A DNA stretch of 64,000 nt from the NCBI GenBank assembly GCA_963662275.1, contig OY759316.1, positions 416,001-480,000 of the forward strand, in the 5' to 3' direction. Below are positions 9,382 through 19,609 of this stretch, piece after piece; the first letter of the stretch is position 1, and each line of letters opens with the position of its first letter. A model generated the notes under the pieces. That model was not told the origin of the DNA and ran no database searches. It saw nothing but the letters and a program-made list of their open reading frames with translations. The translations under genes and the position numbers were made by a program. The DNA is from Candidatus Cloacimonadales bacterium (GTDB taxonomy: Bacteria > Cloacimonadota > Cloacimonadia > Cloacimonadales > DAONDQ01).

Positions 9382-10749
9382 ATGCAGGAAAACTTGCTTC
9401 AATTTCAAGAAAGAATGCGGCAAGAAGGATTGACCGAAAACGTCATTTGTACTTTTAGTGAGTATTATCGTCTTTTAGCAGCAGGAGCCACAGGAAAACT
9501 CAATTCTGCAGAAATATCTCCCCCTTCGAAGGACAGATTGCAATTCTATAGCAACCTGGAAGCAAGTGATAATGTTTTATTAGATCAGCTTCTTGTTATT
9601 AAACTCAATGGCGGACTGGGAACTAGTATGGGTTTGACGAAAGCAAAATCCCTCTTGCCAGTCAAGGGAGATTTAAACTTCCTGGATATTCTTGCCAGGC
9701 AGACAATTACTTTAGAAAAGAAAACGCATAGACATATACACTTACTCATGATGGATAGTTATAATACACAGGACGATACACTTTTCTATTTAGAGAAATA
9801 TCCGGAGCTTCAGGGTTCGGGATTTCCATTGGATTTCTTACAGAATAAATATCCTCGTATTCGACAATCAGACTTGACGCCTTTAGCTTTGAAAGATGAT
9901 CATCAGAATTGGAATCCTCCTGGTCATGGCGATTTGTTTTCAGTACTATATTCAACAGGATTGTTGGACAGACTGTTAGAAAAAGGAATTCGTTACGCTT
10001 TTATCGCCAATTCTGATAATCTTGGTGCAGTTGTGGATACTAAAATACTCTCCTGGATGGTGAAAACAAATATTCCCTTTATTATGGAAGTCTGTGATCG
10101 GACGGAAATGGACAAAAAAGGCGGACATCTCGCAGAATCAAGTACTGGCAGATTACTGCTTCGAGAGATAGCTCAATGCCCCAAAGAGGAAATGGATGAA
10201 TTCCAAGATATCCAGGTTTATTCGTATTTCAACACGAACAATATTTGGTTGGATTTGGAAGCATTGCGCCATGTTATGCAGGCGACAAACGGTGTTTTAC
10301 TGCTGCCATTGATTATTAACCCCAAAACAGTGGAAGGTGAGAAAGTGATTCAGTTGGAAACTGCTATGGGAGCAGCGATACAGACTTTTGAAGGGTCAAT
10401 GGCATTGGTTGTTCCCCGCACTCGATTTACGCCAGTCAAGAAAACCAATGATCTATTAGCTTTATGGTCTGATGTATATCAATTGAATGAGGAATATCAG
10501 GTTGTCCTTCATCCTTCTTTGACGAAACCACCTTATATTCATTTGGAAGAAATATTCTATGGACATCTTCACCAAATGCAGGAAAGATTTGATTCGAATA
10601 TTCCGTCTCTCCTGGAATGTACGAGCTTGCGTATTCATGGCGATGTGCATTTTGGTAAGAATGTTATTTGCAGAGGTAATGTTGAAATTCATTCTGAACA
10701 CCCTATCCAGTTAAAAGATCAAGTACTGGAAGGAAAAATACATTTTTAA
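9382..10749 (+). CDS. UTP--glucose-1-phosphate uridylyltransferase (eukaryote-like UDPGP family)
   Basis: KLNGGLGTSMG, WNPPGHGD, NSDNLGA, KKGGHL, FNTNN, QLETAMGAAI, RFTPVK. Confidence 0.92.
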   Translation: MQENLLQFQERMRQEGLTENVICTFSEYYRLLAAGATGKLNSAEISPPSKDRLQFYSNLEASDNVLLDQLLVIKLNGGLGTSMGLTKAKSLLPVKGDLNFLDILARQTITLEKKTHRHIHLLMMDSYNTQDDTLFYLEKYPELQGSGFPLDFLQNKYPRIRQSDLTPLALKDDHQNWNPPGHGDLFSVLYSTGLLDRLLEKGIRYAFIANSDNLGAVVDTKILSWMVKTNIPFIMEVCDRTEMDKKGGHLAESSTGRLLLREIAQCPKEEMDEFQDIQVYSYFNTNNIWLDLEALRHVMQATNGVLLLPLIINPKTVEGEKVIQLETAMGAAIQTFEGSMALVVPRTRFTPVKKTNDLLALWSDVYQLNEEYQVVLHPSLTKPPYIHLEEIFYGHLHQMQERFDSNIPSLLECTSLRIHGDVHFGKNVICRGNVEIHSEHPIQLKDQVLEGKIHF

Positions 10750-10770
10750 TAAAAGAATAAGGAGATAGAA

Positions 10771-11580
10771 ATGTACCCAATTTACATCGTTGATGCATTT
10801 ACAACCAATGCTTTCGGAGGTAACCAAGCAGGAGTTGTTCTTTTGGATAAGCCTGCCAAAGAAGAATGGATGCAGAAAGTAGCATTAGAAATGGGCTTTT
10901 CCGAAACTGCATTTGTCTATCCTGTTATTGCCGGTGAAGTGTTTGGACTTCGGTGGTTTACTCCAAAATTGGAAGTCATGCTTTGCGGTCATGGTACATT
11001 AGCTACGTCCAAGGTTCTTTTTCAGGAAAAGATGATAACAGGTAACAAAATCACTTTTGAAACCATGAGCGGACGATTATTTTCTTCACTTGAAGAAGAT
11101 ATGATAAAACTTGATTTTCCCTCTGAAACCCCCATAGTAGTAGAGAAAACTAATCGGATAACCGATGCTTTTGAATTGGAAGAGGTTCACCAGATTGCAT
11201 ATGCATCCAAAATTGGTATGCTTTTGATTCACCTCCCGAAGGAAAAGACACTAGTTGAATTGACTCCCAATATGAATTTGCTTCGAAAAGTTGAACTTAC
11301 ACATTTGAATGGTGTTATTCTCACTGCCCGTTCCAGGAAGAACTACGATTTTGTATCCAGGTTCTTTTCTCCCTGGGATGGTGTTGATGAAGATCCTGTC
11401 ACAGGTTCAGCCCACACTGTACTCGCCCCTTATTGGGGTAAGATTTTGAAAAAAAAGGAAATGAAAGCACATCAAGCCTCTGAAAGAGGTGGAGATTTGG
11501 TCGTCAGGTTAAAAGATAATAACCGTGTTGAATTACTTGGGTCAGCCGTTATCGTGATGAAAGGTAATTTACTTGTTTGA
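10771..11580 (+). CDS. PhzF family isomerase
   Basis: VDAFT..FGGNQAGV, FSETAF, EVMLCGHGTLA, EDPVTGSAH. Confidence 0.92.
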   Translation: MYPIYIVDAFTTNAFGGNQAGVVLLDKPAKEEWMQKVALEMGFSETAFVYPVIAGEVFGLRWFTPKLEVMLCGHGTLATSKVLFQEKMITGNKITFETMSGRLFSSLEEDMIKLDFPSETPIVVEKTNRITDAFELEEVHQIAYASKIGMLLIHLPKEKTLVELTPNMNLLRKVELTHLNGVILTARSRKNYDFVSRFFSPWDGVDEDPVTGSAHTVLAPYWGKILKKKEMKAHQASERGGDLVVRLKDNNRVELLGSAVIVMKGNLLV

Positions 11581-11610
11581 TAAAGCCAATCCGACAACAA
11601 AGGAAAAGGC

Positions 11611-12576
11611 ATGATTAGTCGTGTACAAAAGATTAGACTGGGTATTTTTATAGCCATAGGTGCGACGCTAATTCTCGTTTTTGCTGGTGTAGTTGCAGGT
11701 AGTCAATTAATCCAGCACAAAGACATTTATTACGTTACATATACCGATGTTTCGGTAAATGGACTGCAAGAAGGTGGTGCTGTTGGATATCATGGCATTA
11801 AAGTAGGGACTGTAAAATCAATCAAGGTCAATCCCAGGGATGTCTCTAAAATCGTTGTCACTATCAGTATCGAGGCTGGTACTCCCATCAAAAAAGATGT
11901 TGTTGCCACTCTCGTTCCAGTCGGAATAACAGGATTGAAATCTGTAGAACTGAAAGGCGGTTCAAATGAAGCAGGACTCTTGCCCCCGAAATCATTCATT
12001 CCTGCAGGAGTATCCACTTTTGACGATATCACCTTAAAAGCTGTTTCTATTGCTGAGAAGCTTGATTTATTGATTGGAAATTTGACGGTAATGACAGGAA
12101 AGGAAAATCAAGCTGCTTTAAATCATGCGATAGTCAACCTAGATTCGCTGGTCGTAGAAAATCGTTCCACCTTGACTAGTTTATTGATCAATTTGGATAA
12201 AGTCAGTGGAGATGTCGCAAAAATGACCAGTACTGGCTCCTCGAGACTCGATCATATCGCAATGTCCATTGATAGTACAGCTACTAGAATCAATGAATTA
12301 GTCAATTCACCGGCAATTGACAGTTTGATTACCAATATAGCCAAGTTTTCAGGGGGGCTTGCTGAAGCCAATATGAAGCAATTAGTTACAGACTTAAGCT
12401 ATACTTCCAGGCAACTCACCAGTACTCTATATAATGTGGATAAGACATTGTTGCGTGGTAGAGGTGATATCCAAGAGACGCTTGATAATATTCGCGATTT
12501 GACGGAAAGCTTGGCTGAATTTGCCAAGCAGATCAACGAAAATCCATCAATCCTGATACGCGGTCGAAAGAATTAA
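11611..12576 (+). CDS. MCE/MlaD family protein with long helical extension
   Basis: N-terminal TM, SVNGLQEGGAVGYHGIKVGTV, GITG, helical tail ending ENPSILIRG. Confidence 0.9.
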   Translation: MISRVQKIRLGIFIAIGATLILVFAGVVAGSQLIQHKDIYYVTYTDVSVNGLQEGGAVGYHGIKVGTVKSIKVNPRDVSKIVVTISIEAGTPIKKDVVATLVPVGITGLKSVELKGGSNEAGLLPPKSFIPAGVSTFDDITLKAVSIAEKLDLLIGNLTVMTGKENQAALNHAIVNLDSLVVENRSTLTSLLINLDKVSGDVAKMTSTGSSRLDHIAMSIDSTATRINELVNSPAIDSLITNIAKFSGGLAEANMKQLVTDLSYTSRQLTSTLYNVDKTLLRGRGDIQETLDNIRDLTESLAEFAKQINENPSILIRGRKN

Positions 12577-12592
12577 CCCGAGATACAAAGGA

Positions 12593-14770
12593 ATGACCAT
12601 GAAATCAGTCCTTAAATTTTCAGTTTTATTGTTGTTCATGGCTATCATGTCATCATGTGCGATCAACCAACATGTGCCACAGACAAGTTTCTATATTATG
12701 GATTATAATTCTAATACAGAAAAGCCTGAATTAAAACAGTTAACTCCTTATCCCAGTACCCTTCAGATCAATGAAAGTGTAATTCCGCATACCTATAACA
12801 GGAACCAGATAGTCATCAAAAAATCCCTCTATAGAGTTAGTTATCTTCCTACAGATCAATGGGCAGCGAAATTATATGAAACGATTACAAATCTTGTTCA
12901 ACAACGAATTGTCAGCTACAATATATTTGCCCGTGCTGACCAGGATTATTCTGGAGATAGACCGACTTATGAAATGGATATAATTGTTAGAAATATTGAA
13001 CGTTTAGATTATGGCATTCGACTTAAGGCACATCTTGGGATAGATTTCAATTTCAGGGCAGGAGGCAGCCAGGATATTATCTTTTCTCATCATGCAGATC
13101 TTGAACAAGATCTGTGGGATGAGACTCTCGATAGCTATGTGATAGAAATCAATAACATGTTAATGAAAGAAACAGATGTCTTTTCCGGTAAGATTATTTC
13201 TTATTTGAAAACCGGAACTCCTGTAAAAAAAGTAGTAACTTCACAAGGTTTTATGCCTGATTCTTTAAAGACAGCAATATCAGATTCAGTAAAAACTACG
13301 ATACCTGATTCTACGCAGCATGTTCTCACACAGACAGTAGGTGGTACAGAAGGTGAGTTGTATTTACCTGCCCTTACTGATTCTGATACAGAACCCTTAT
13401 ACAATGTATATAAAATGAACGATATTGAAGTTGCTACCGGTATGATGGGACATCCTTTGTCAATTCCCAATGGTAGTTATAGACTCAAATATGGTTCTGA
13501 ACTACAAATGTCAAAAGAAGTCACAATCTATCCTAATACTAGGATGACAGTCATACCTGACTGGGGAGCGCTAATCGTTAATATTATCGATGAAAATCGT
13601 AATCCTGTTAAAATTCGCTATGAAGTTTTTAGCGATAATGAAAACAATGTTGTCAGTTTTGGTAACGATTACAGTCGAATCGCTGAATTAGGTGAAAAAC
13701 CCCTGACTTGGTTGCTGCCTCCAGGACAATATAAGATTACTTTTAATGGGCAATCCTATAATACTTATTCTGATTTCACGACGGTCAATATCGCTCCGAA
13801 TGCTGTCTATCGTTTATCGGTAGTTGTTGATCTGAACATGCACATGGTTGGAGCTGGAGTCATTCGAGCTGAAGATGCGCTAGCTACAGCCAAGGGTCTA
13901 AAATTCAGCAATTCTCTAAATGGAATTATCAATTTGACTTCCAACAACACGACAAATGAAAAGAATCCTTCTCAGAGTATTTCCCTGAGTGGTCAATTCG
14001 ATAATCGGGTTAGTTATGATATATATCCGCATCACTATACCACTAAAAGTTTATATGAACTCGAACTGACAAAACTCACGGGTACTGATTTCAGGGTCAC
14101 AATCGATGAATATTCAATTAGGAACACCTATATTTTGTACTTCATGAAACAAGTGGGATTTTATACTAGATTAGATGCTTCGAGCCATTTTTTTCCTGGT
14201 CATGTCAACTTTGAATCACCTCGAAATACGATCATGATTAATAAAAATGGAGCCGTGATTGATACTCTTTTCAATGTTGATAATGTCCAGGTTTCACCTT
14301 CTTTGCTCCCTTTGAATATGAGAGAAGGAGTTGGTATCAATTATAGGATGTTCCAGAGTCTCGGTGCAAATGTGAGTCTTCGAGGAGGTTTTGGTTGGCA
14401 GCAGGAATATACACAAGATGTGTTTGGTTTTGATGCAACTGTGAATATTCCAAATTCTTCACTTGGTCATGCTGCTGATTTTGATATTTATCATGAACGC
14501 CCCGCCTCTTTCCCAAGTGGTATTGAGACTTCTTTGATTTCAAGTTTTCTCATACGTTTTTTAAATATGGGAATTACTTCAACAGCAGATTTCTTATTTC
14601 CTTTTCAAAAAGGAAAATCTGCAACAATGGATGTTGAAAACGTTTTAACAGTCAGTCTTGTAAGAAATGTCTCCTTGGATATACGACTTGATTTTAGTTA
14701 TGATAAAACAAAACAAAATTATGTGATCCAAGATTACCGAACCTATTTACGTGTCTCCTGGTTCTATTGA
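12593..14770 (+). CDS. PqiC-like (ABC transport auxiliary) lipoprotein fused to beta-sandwich repeats and a putative C-terminal outer-membrane beta-barrel
   Basis: Lipobox AIMSSC; PqiC-like YNRNQIV..DQWA; two PxGxY beta-sandwich units; C-terminal alternating beta-strands ending YLRVSWFY. Confidence 0.6.
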   Translation: MTMKSVLKFSVLLLFMAIMSSCAINQHVPQTSFYIMDYNSNTEKPELKQLTPYPSTLQINESVIPHTYNRNQIVIKKSLYRVSYLPTDQWAAKLYETITNLVQQRIVSYNIFARADQDYSGDRPTYEMDIIVRNIERLDYGIRLKAHLGIDFNFRAGGSQDIIFSHHADLEQDLWDETLDSYVIEINNMLMKETDVFSGKIISYLKTGTPVKKVVTSQGFMPDSLKTAISDSVKTTIPDSTQHVLTQTVGGTEGELYLPALTDSDTEPLYNVYKMNDIEVATGMMGHPLSIPNGSYRLKYGSELQMSKEVTIYPNTRMTVIPDWGALIVNIIDENRNPVKIRYEVFSDNENNVVSFGNDYSRIAELGEKPLTWLLPPGQYKITFNGQSYNTYSDFTTVNIAPNAVYRLSVVVDLNMHMVGAGVIRAEDALATAKGLKFSNSLNGIINLTSNNTTNEKNPSQSISLSGQFDNRVSYDIYPHHYTTKSLYELELTKLTGTDFRVTIDEYSIRNTYILYFMKQVGFYTRLDASSHFFPGHVNFESPRNTIMINKNGAVIDTLFNVDNVQVSPSLLPLNMREGVGINYRMFQSLGANVSLRGGFGWQQEYTQDVFGFDATVNIPNSSLGHAADFDIYHERPASFPSGIETSLISSFLIRFLNMGITSTADFLFPFQKGKSATMDVENVLTVSLVRNVSLDIRLDFSYDKTKQNYVIQDYRTYLRVSWFY

Positions 14771-14774
14771 TTTT

Positions 14775-15953
14775 ATGAACAAAAAAGATTCTACTGTACC
14801 CCCAACTCCAAGAGGTACTACTCCAAAATCTGTATCTGATGTACTGCCTACTTCAGGTGGTGTTGCTGATCATATGGAACTCATAGAATCCCGTCTTGTT
14901 TTGCAGGGAGCGTTGGATTTTTACACAACTCCTGCCCTTTGTGAAAAATGGGAACAAATGAAAGATAAAGATAAAATTAAGCAAATCGACCTCCATGAAC
15001 TGGATAATATAGATAGTGCGGGGGTTGCTTTCCTGGATGAGATATTGCTTCAAATGAAATCTTCTCATGCAGAAGTGGAAATTATCGGGATCCCGGATAA
15101 ACTTCAGGAATCATTAAAAATATTCTCTTCCACTGTCTTGGAAAAGGAAGAAGAACTACCCCATGTAGGTATTTTTGAATACCTGGGTGATGAGGCTTAT
15201 CGCTGGCGAGATTACTTTTTTGAACTTGTATTTATCACTTCCGAAATCTTCTATTGGTCTTTAATAGGGTTATTTGATCGCAAAGGGCAAAGAAAAGGTT
15301 CATTTATCCAACAAGCAATTTTCATCGGTATGGATGCGTTTGGTATTGTTGCTCTATTATCTCTCATTATCGGCTTGATCTTATCCCTGCAATCAGCAGC
15401 CCAACTTCGATTATTTGGGGCAAATATTTTTATTGCTGATTTGCTATCCATTTCTTTAGTCAGGGAAATGGGTCCTATGATGACAGCAATTATTCTGGCT
15501 GGTAGAAGTGGTTCTGCGATTGCAGCGGAAATTGCTACGATGCAAGTAACGGAAGAAATTGACGCTTTAAAGATCATGGGATTAAATCCGATACGTTATA
15601 TAGTGGTGCCCAAATTTCACGCTTTTACAGTATGTATGCCCATTTTAGTTACATGCTCCATTTTCATCGGTATGTTTGGGGGTTTTATTGTAGCCGTTAC
15701 ATATTTGGATTTGAATGCTACAACTTTTCTCAATCGAGCTATTGATATTCTTGTCATTAAAGACATTGTAATCAGTCTTTCCAAAAGTACTTTCTTTGCA
15801 TGGTTGATCGTTGTTATTGGCAGTTTTTACGGTTTTAGAGTAAAAGGTGGTGCTGAAGGGGTTGGCAAGGCAACAACTCAGTCAGTAGTTGCCTCCATTT
15901 TTGCGGTGATAGTCTTTGATGCCCTCTTCAGCCTTTTATATTTGGGGGATTAA
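14775..15953 (+). CDS. mlaE: STAS-MlaE fusion ABC permease
   Basis: N-terminal STAS (LQGALD..IDSAGVAFL); REMGPMMTAIILAGRSGSAIAAEIATM; GAEGVGKATT. Confidence 0.9.
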   Translation: MNKKDSTVPPTPRGTTPKSVSDVLPTSGGVADHMELIESRLVLQGALDFYTTPALCEKWEQMKDKDKIKQIDLHELDNIDSAGVAFLDEILLQMKSSHAEVEIIGIPDKLQESLKIFSSTVLEKEEELPHVGIFEYLGDEAYRWRDYFFELVFITSEIFYWSLIGLFDRKGQRKGSFIQQAIFIGMDAFGIVALLSLIIGLILSLQSAAQLRLFGANIFIADLLSISLVREMGPMMTAIILAGRSGSAIAAEIATMQVTEEIDALKIMGLNPIRYIVVPKFHAFTVCMPILVTCSIFIGMFGGFIVAVTYLDLNATTFLNRAIDILVIKDIVISLSKSTFFAWLIVVIGSFYGFRVKGGAEGVGKATTQSVVASIFAVIVFDALFSLLYLGD

Positions 15954-15954
15954 A

Positions 15955-16701
15955 TTGCCAAAAATTGAACCTGTTATCAAAGTCAGGAATCTTGTTGCCC
16001 AATATGGTGAAACAACTATCCTGGATGATGTTAGTATTGATATCTATCCGGGGGAAGTTACTGTCATTCTGGGTGGAAGTGGTTGTGGAAAGACAACATT
16101 ATTGAGAAATATCCTTCGTTTACAGGAACCTCATGCAGGGACAGTTGAAATCTTTGGAAAAGATGTAACCAATATGGATGAACAAGAATTTAACCTGATT
16201 CTCAGGAGAATTGGAATGCTGTTTCAGAATGGTGCCTTATTGAATTCCATATCTCTATATGAAAATGTCTCCATTCCCTTAGAATTACATACTACCTTGA
16301 CCCCAGCATTAATGGATAGGATTATTCGGGTAAAAATGCATCTAGTCAATTTGGATAAAGCTTCTCATTTACTGCCTTCAGAATTATCAGGAGGTATGAG
16401 AAAACGTGCTGCATTAGCAAGAGCTTTGGCTCTGGATCCAGAGATTTTGTTCTGTGATGAACCATCCGCAGGATTAGACCCACTAACCAGCGAATCTTTG
16501 GATGAACTTATTCTTAAGTTAAAAAAACAATTAGAAATGACAATCGTCATTGTTACACATGAGCTGGCTTCTATTCATCGTGTTGCTGATCGTATCATCT
16601 TCCTGGATCATGGGAAAATGCTATTTGAAGGTACGTTAGAAGATGGAAAGAAATCAGGGATTCCCGAAATTGAAACTTTTTTTAGAGTTGGAAAGTACTG
16701 A
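15955..16701 (+). CDS. mlaF: MlaF-like ABC ATPase
   Basis: GGSGCGKT, LFQNGALLNS, LSGGMRKR, DEPSAGLDP; probable TTG start at 15955. Confidence 0.92.
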   Translation: MPKIEPVIKVRNLVAQYGETTILDDVSIDIYPGEVTVILGGSGCGKTTLLRNILRLQEPHAGTVEIFGKDVTNMDEQEFNLILRRIGMLFQNGALLNSISLYENVSIPLELHTTLTPALMDRIIRVKMHLVNLDKASHLLPSELSGGMRKRAALARALALDPEILFCDEPSAGLDPLTSESLDELILKLKKQLEMTIVIVTHELASIHRVADRIIFLDHGKMLFEGTLEDGKKSGIPEIETFFRVGKY

Positions 16702-16702
16702 G

Positions 16703-17689
16703 ATGGTATTTCTGAAGCAACCCTATAAACTATTTGTTATTTTGATTCTCTTTTTAATTTCAGTATCATTACTCGGTAAAGATGCGATAAATCATATAAC
16801 TTTCACACCGCAATGGCAACCTCAGGCGCAATTTGCCGGATATTATGTAGCGAAAGACATGGGAATATATCAGAAGTATGGATTAGATGTCGATATTCTT
16901 TCAGGGGGTCCAAATTCTCCCTCCGCAGATATGCTCCAACAAAGAAAAACTGACATTACAACGATGTTCTTATCTTCCGCTATTACTGAAAAGGCTAAAG
17001 GTCTTGATATTGTCAATATTGGTCAAGTCTCTCAAATGTCATCCCTGATCTTCGTTGCTAAAAAATCAAGCGGTATTCGTAAACCGGCAGATATGAACGG
17101 GAAAAAGATTGGGATTTGGTTTTCTGATTTTAAAGAAGTCCCTTTAGCTTTTCTCGACTCATATCATATCAAGGCAACAATCGTACCGATTGCTTCTACG
17201 GTGGACTTGTTCCTTGAAGATGGAATTGATGTTATGGCAGTGGAATGGTATAATGAATACCATCAGATCCTGGATGCTGGTTATAACCCTGATGAACTTG
17301 TGACTTTCTTTTTTAAAGATCATAATCTGAATATTTCTGAAGATGGTATTTATTGTTTGAGATCCACCTATCTACAGAATCCTGACATTTACAAGAAATT
17401 TGTAAAAGCATCAATGGAGGGATGGGAATATGCATTCAAACATCCAGATAGTGCAGTCAATATTGTAATTAAGTATATGAAGGGAAATCATACTCCTGCA
17501 AATAGATCTCATCAAACTTGGATGTTGAACCGAATGCATGATATTATTCAAGTGGGTGGAAAACCAGACTCAGGTTTAAAAGAGACAGATTTTGCCAGAA
17601 CCGGTTATATCTTACTGAAGAATGGCATGATCAAGAATATTCCTGCATATCATAGTTTTGTTGAAGGTTATGCTGATGCTACGAAATGA
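16703..17689 (+). CDS. NMT1/THI5-like periplasmic binding protein
   Basis: Signal peptide; QWQPQAQFAGYYVAKDMGIYQKYGLDV; ASMEGWEYAFKHP. Confidence 0.85.
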   Translation: MVFLKQPYKLFVILILFLISVSLLGKDAINHITFTPQWQPQAQFAGYYVAKDMGIYQKYGLDVDILSGGPNSPSADMLQQRKTDITTMFLSSAITEKAKGLDIVNIGQVSQMSSLIFVAKKSSGIRKPADMNGKKIGIWFSDFKEVPLAFLDSYHIKATIVPIASTVDLFLEDGIDVMAVEWYNEYHQILDAGYNPDELVTFFFKDHNLNISEDGIYCLRSTYLQNPDIYKKFVKASMEGWEYAFKHPDSAVNIVIKYMKGNHTPANRSHQTWMLNRMHDIIQVGGKPDSGLKETDFARTGYILLKNGMIKNIPAYHSFVEGYADATK

Positions 17690-19604
17690 AGGATTAGCTT
17701 ATAAAATCAGTCTTTTCGTTCTTATTGGAACGGTTGTTACCTTTATGATTATGATTGGTCTGAATTATTTCCATGCCAAATCCTTACTATTGCGTAATGT
17801 TCTGTCCAATGCTAAAAACATGACTTATTCCAAAATTAATAGTATAGAGACTGTCCTGGTATCGGCGGAAAAAGTACCTTTTAATCTTTCATTGTTACTT
17901 GATTATTCAGAAATATCAGAAGATAAACTGAATGCTTATATGCGACAAATAGTCATGTATAACCCTGAAGTCTATGGCTGTTGTGTTGCTTATGAACCCA
18001 ACATGTTCCCTGGAAAAGAGTTGTATGCTCCCTATTACTATAAAAAGAAAGGTGTTTTAAATTATGTCAATTTTCCCGATATAAATTACGAGTATCAATA
18101 TTGGAATTGGTACCAGATACCTAAAATGCTAAATAAACCAATTTGGTCAGAACCATATTTTGATGAAGGTGGCGGTAATATCGTAATGTCCACGTATTCA
18201 GTTCCATTTTATAATATGCAAAATGGGAAAAAAATCTTTAAGGGAATTGTAACTTGTGACATATCCTTAAGCTGGCTTCAACAAACAATGTCTACACTTT
18301 ATCTTGGAAATGGTGGTTATGCTTTCCTAATTTCCCGACGAGGAACGATCATCACACATCCGGATGTCAATAAGATCATGAATGAAAGTCTATTTTCGAT
18401 GGCAGAGGAAAGAAAAGATAAACAACTTCGTGAAATCGGGAGAAAAATGATTCATGGCGAAACCGGAATGGCACTTTTTGAGAGTAACGTATTAAAAAAT
18501 AAAACCTGGATATTCTATTCGCCATTGCCTTCAAATAAATGGTCGATGGGATTCGTATTACCAGAACGAGTACTTTGGGGAGATTTGGTGAATATGAATC
18601 GGTTCCTGATACTTGCAGGTATAATCGGTATCTTAATCCTGGTTGCATTAATAATTCTGGTTACCAGGAATTTCATCACTCCACTCAATAAGTTAGCAAT
18701 GTCGGTTGATTACATTGCAAAAGGTAATTTTGATACGATACTGCCAATTGTCAAAACGAATGATGAGATTGGGATATTAAGCGAATCTTTCTATCATATG
18801 CAGATTGCTTTAAAATCGTATATTCAAAATCTTATGGATACAACTGCGGCGCGAGAGAAAATTGACAGTGAATTAAAAATAGCACATGATATTCAAATGA
18901 ATATTGTTCCGCGTTCCTTTCCCCCTTTTCCCAATCGAAAGGAATTGGAGATTTATGCCATCCTGGAACCTGCAAGGGCTGTTGGGGGAGATTGGTATGA
19001 CTATTTCTTTACGGATGAAGATCATCTTTGTTTTACGATTGGAGATGTCTCTGGTAAAGGAATTCCGGCAGCTATCTTAATGGCTGTGATTCGAACATAC
19101 TTGAGAGCGAAGGCTACAAGTCTCGTGAATGTGGAAGAAATAATGACTGCGATTAATGTCGAGACATCAATCAACAATGAATATCTGATGTTTGCCACAA
19201 TTTTTATCGGAATAATTAATTTGAAAACGGGTATGCTCTATTTTTGTAATGCCAGCCATAACCCACCTTACATACTTCATGGAGAGGGTGAGATTACAAG
19301 AATCACAGATATGCATGGAGCTGCTGTAGGTATTTTTGAGGACAAAGTTTATACCTCTGATCGCATCCAGCTTAGTTCCGGTGATGCTATTATGCTATAT
19401 ACGGATGGTATTACCGAAGCCATGAATGAAAATGAGGATATGTTTGGTTATAGTAACCTCGAAAAAATACTTAGGCTGTTAGTTATGAATGATGCAAAAA
19501 CAATTGTGGATAATGTACGTGAAGAAGTAAGGAGATTCACCAACCAGGAAGAGCAGGTAGATGATATCACAATTGAAGTGATTCGATACTTGGGTACAGA
19601 GTAA
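17670..19604 (+). CDS. Cache-HAMP-SpoIIE (PP2C) sensor phosphatase
   Basis: WYQIPK..WSEPYFD Cache domain, HAMP, VGGDWYD, IGDVSGKGIPAA, YTDGITEA, DDIT. Confidence 0.92.
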   Translation: MLMLRNEGLAYKISLFVLIGTVVTFMIMIGLNYFHAKSLLLRNVLSNAKNMTYSKINSIETVLVSAEKVPFNLSLLLDYSEISEDKLNAYMRQIVMYNPEVYGCCVAYEPNMFPGKELYAPYYYKKKGVLNYVNFPDINYEYQYWNWYQIPKMLNKPIWSEPYFDEGGGNIVMSTYSVPFYNMQNGKKIFKGIVTCDISLSWLQQTMSTLYLGNGGYAFLISRRGTIITHPDVNKIMNESLFSMAEERKDKQLREIGRKMIHGETGMALFESNVLKNKTWIFYSPLPSNKWSMGFVLPERVLWGDLVNMNRFLILAGIIGILILVALIILVTRNFITPLNKLAMSVDYIAKGNFDTILPIVKTNDEIGILSESFYHMQIALKSYIQNLMDTTAAREKIDSELKIAHDIQMNIVPRSFPPFPNRKELEIYAILEPARAVGGDWYDYFFTDEDHLCFTIGDVSGKGIPAAILMAVIRTYLRAKATSLVNVEEIMTAINVETSINNEYLMFATIFIGIINLKTGMLYFCNASHNPPYILHGEGEITRITDMHGAAVGIFEDKVYTSDRIQLSSGDAIMLYTDGITEAMNENEDMFGYSNLEKILRLLVMNDAKTIVDNVREEVRRFTNQEEQVDDITIEVIRYLGTE

Positions 19605-19609
19605 GAAGA

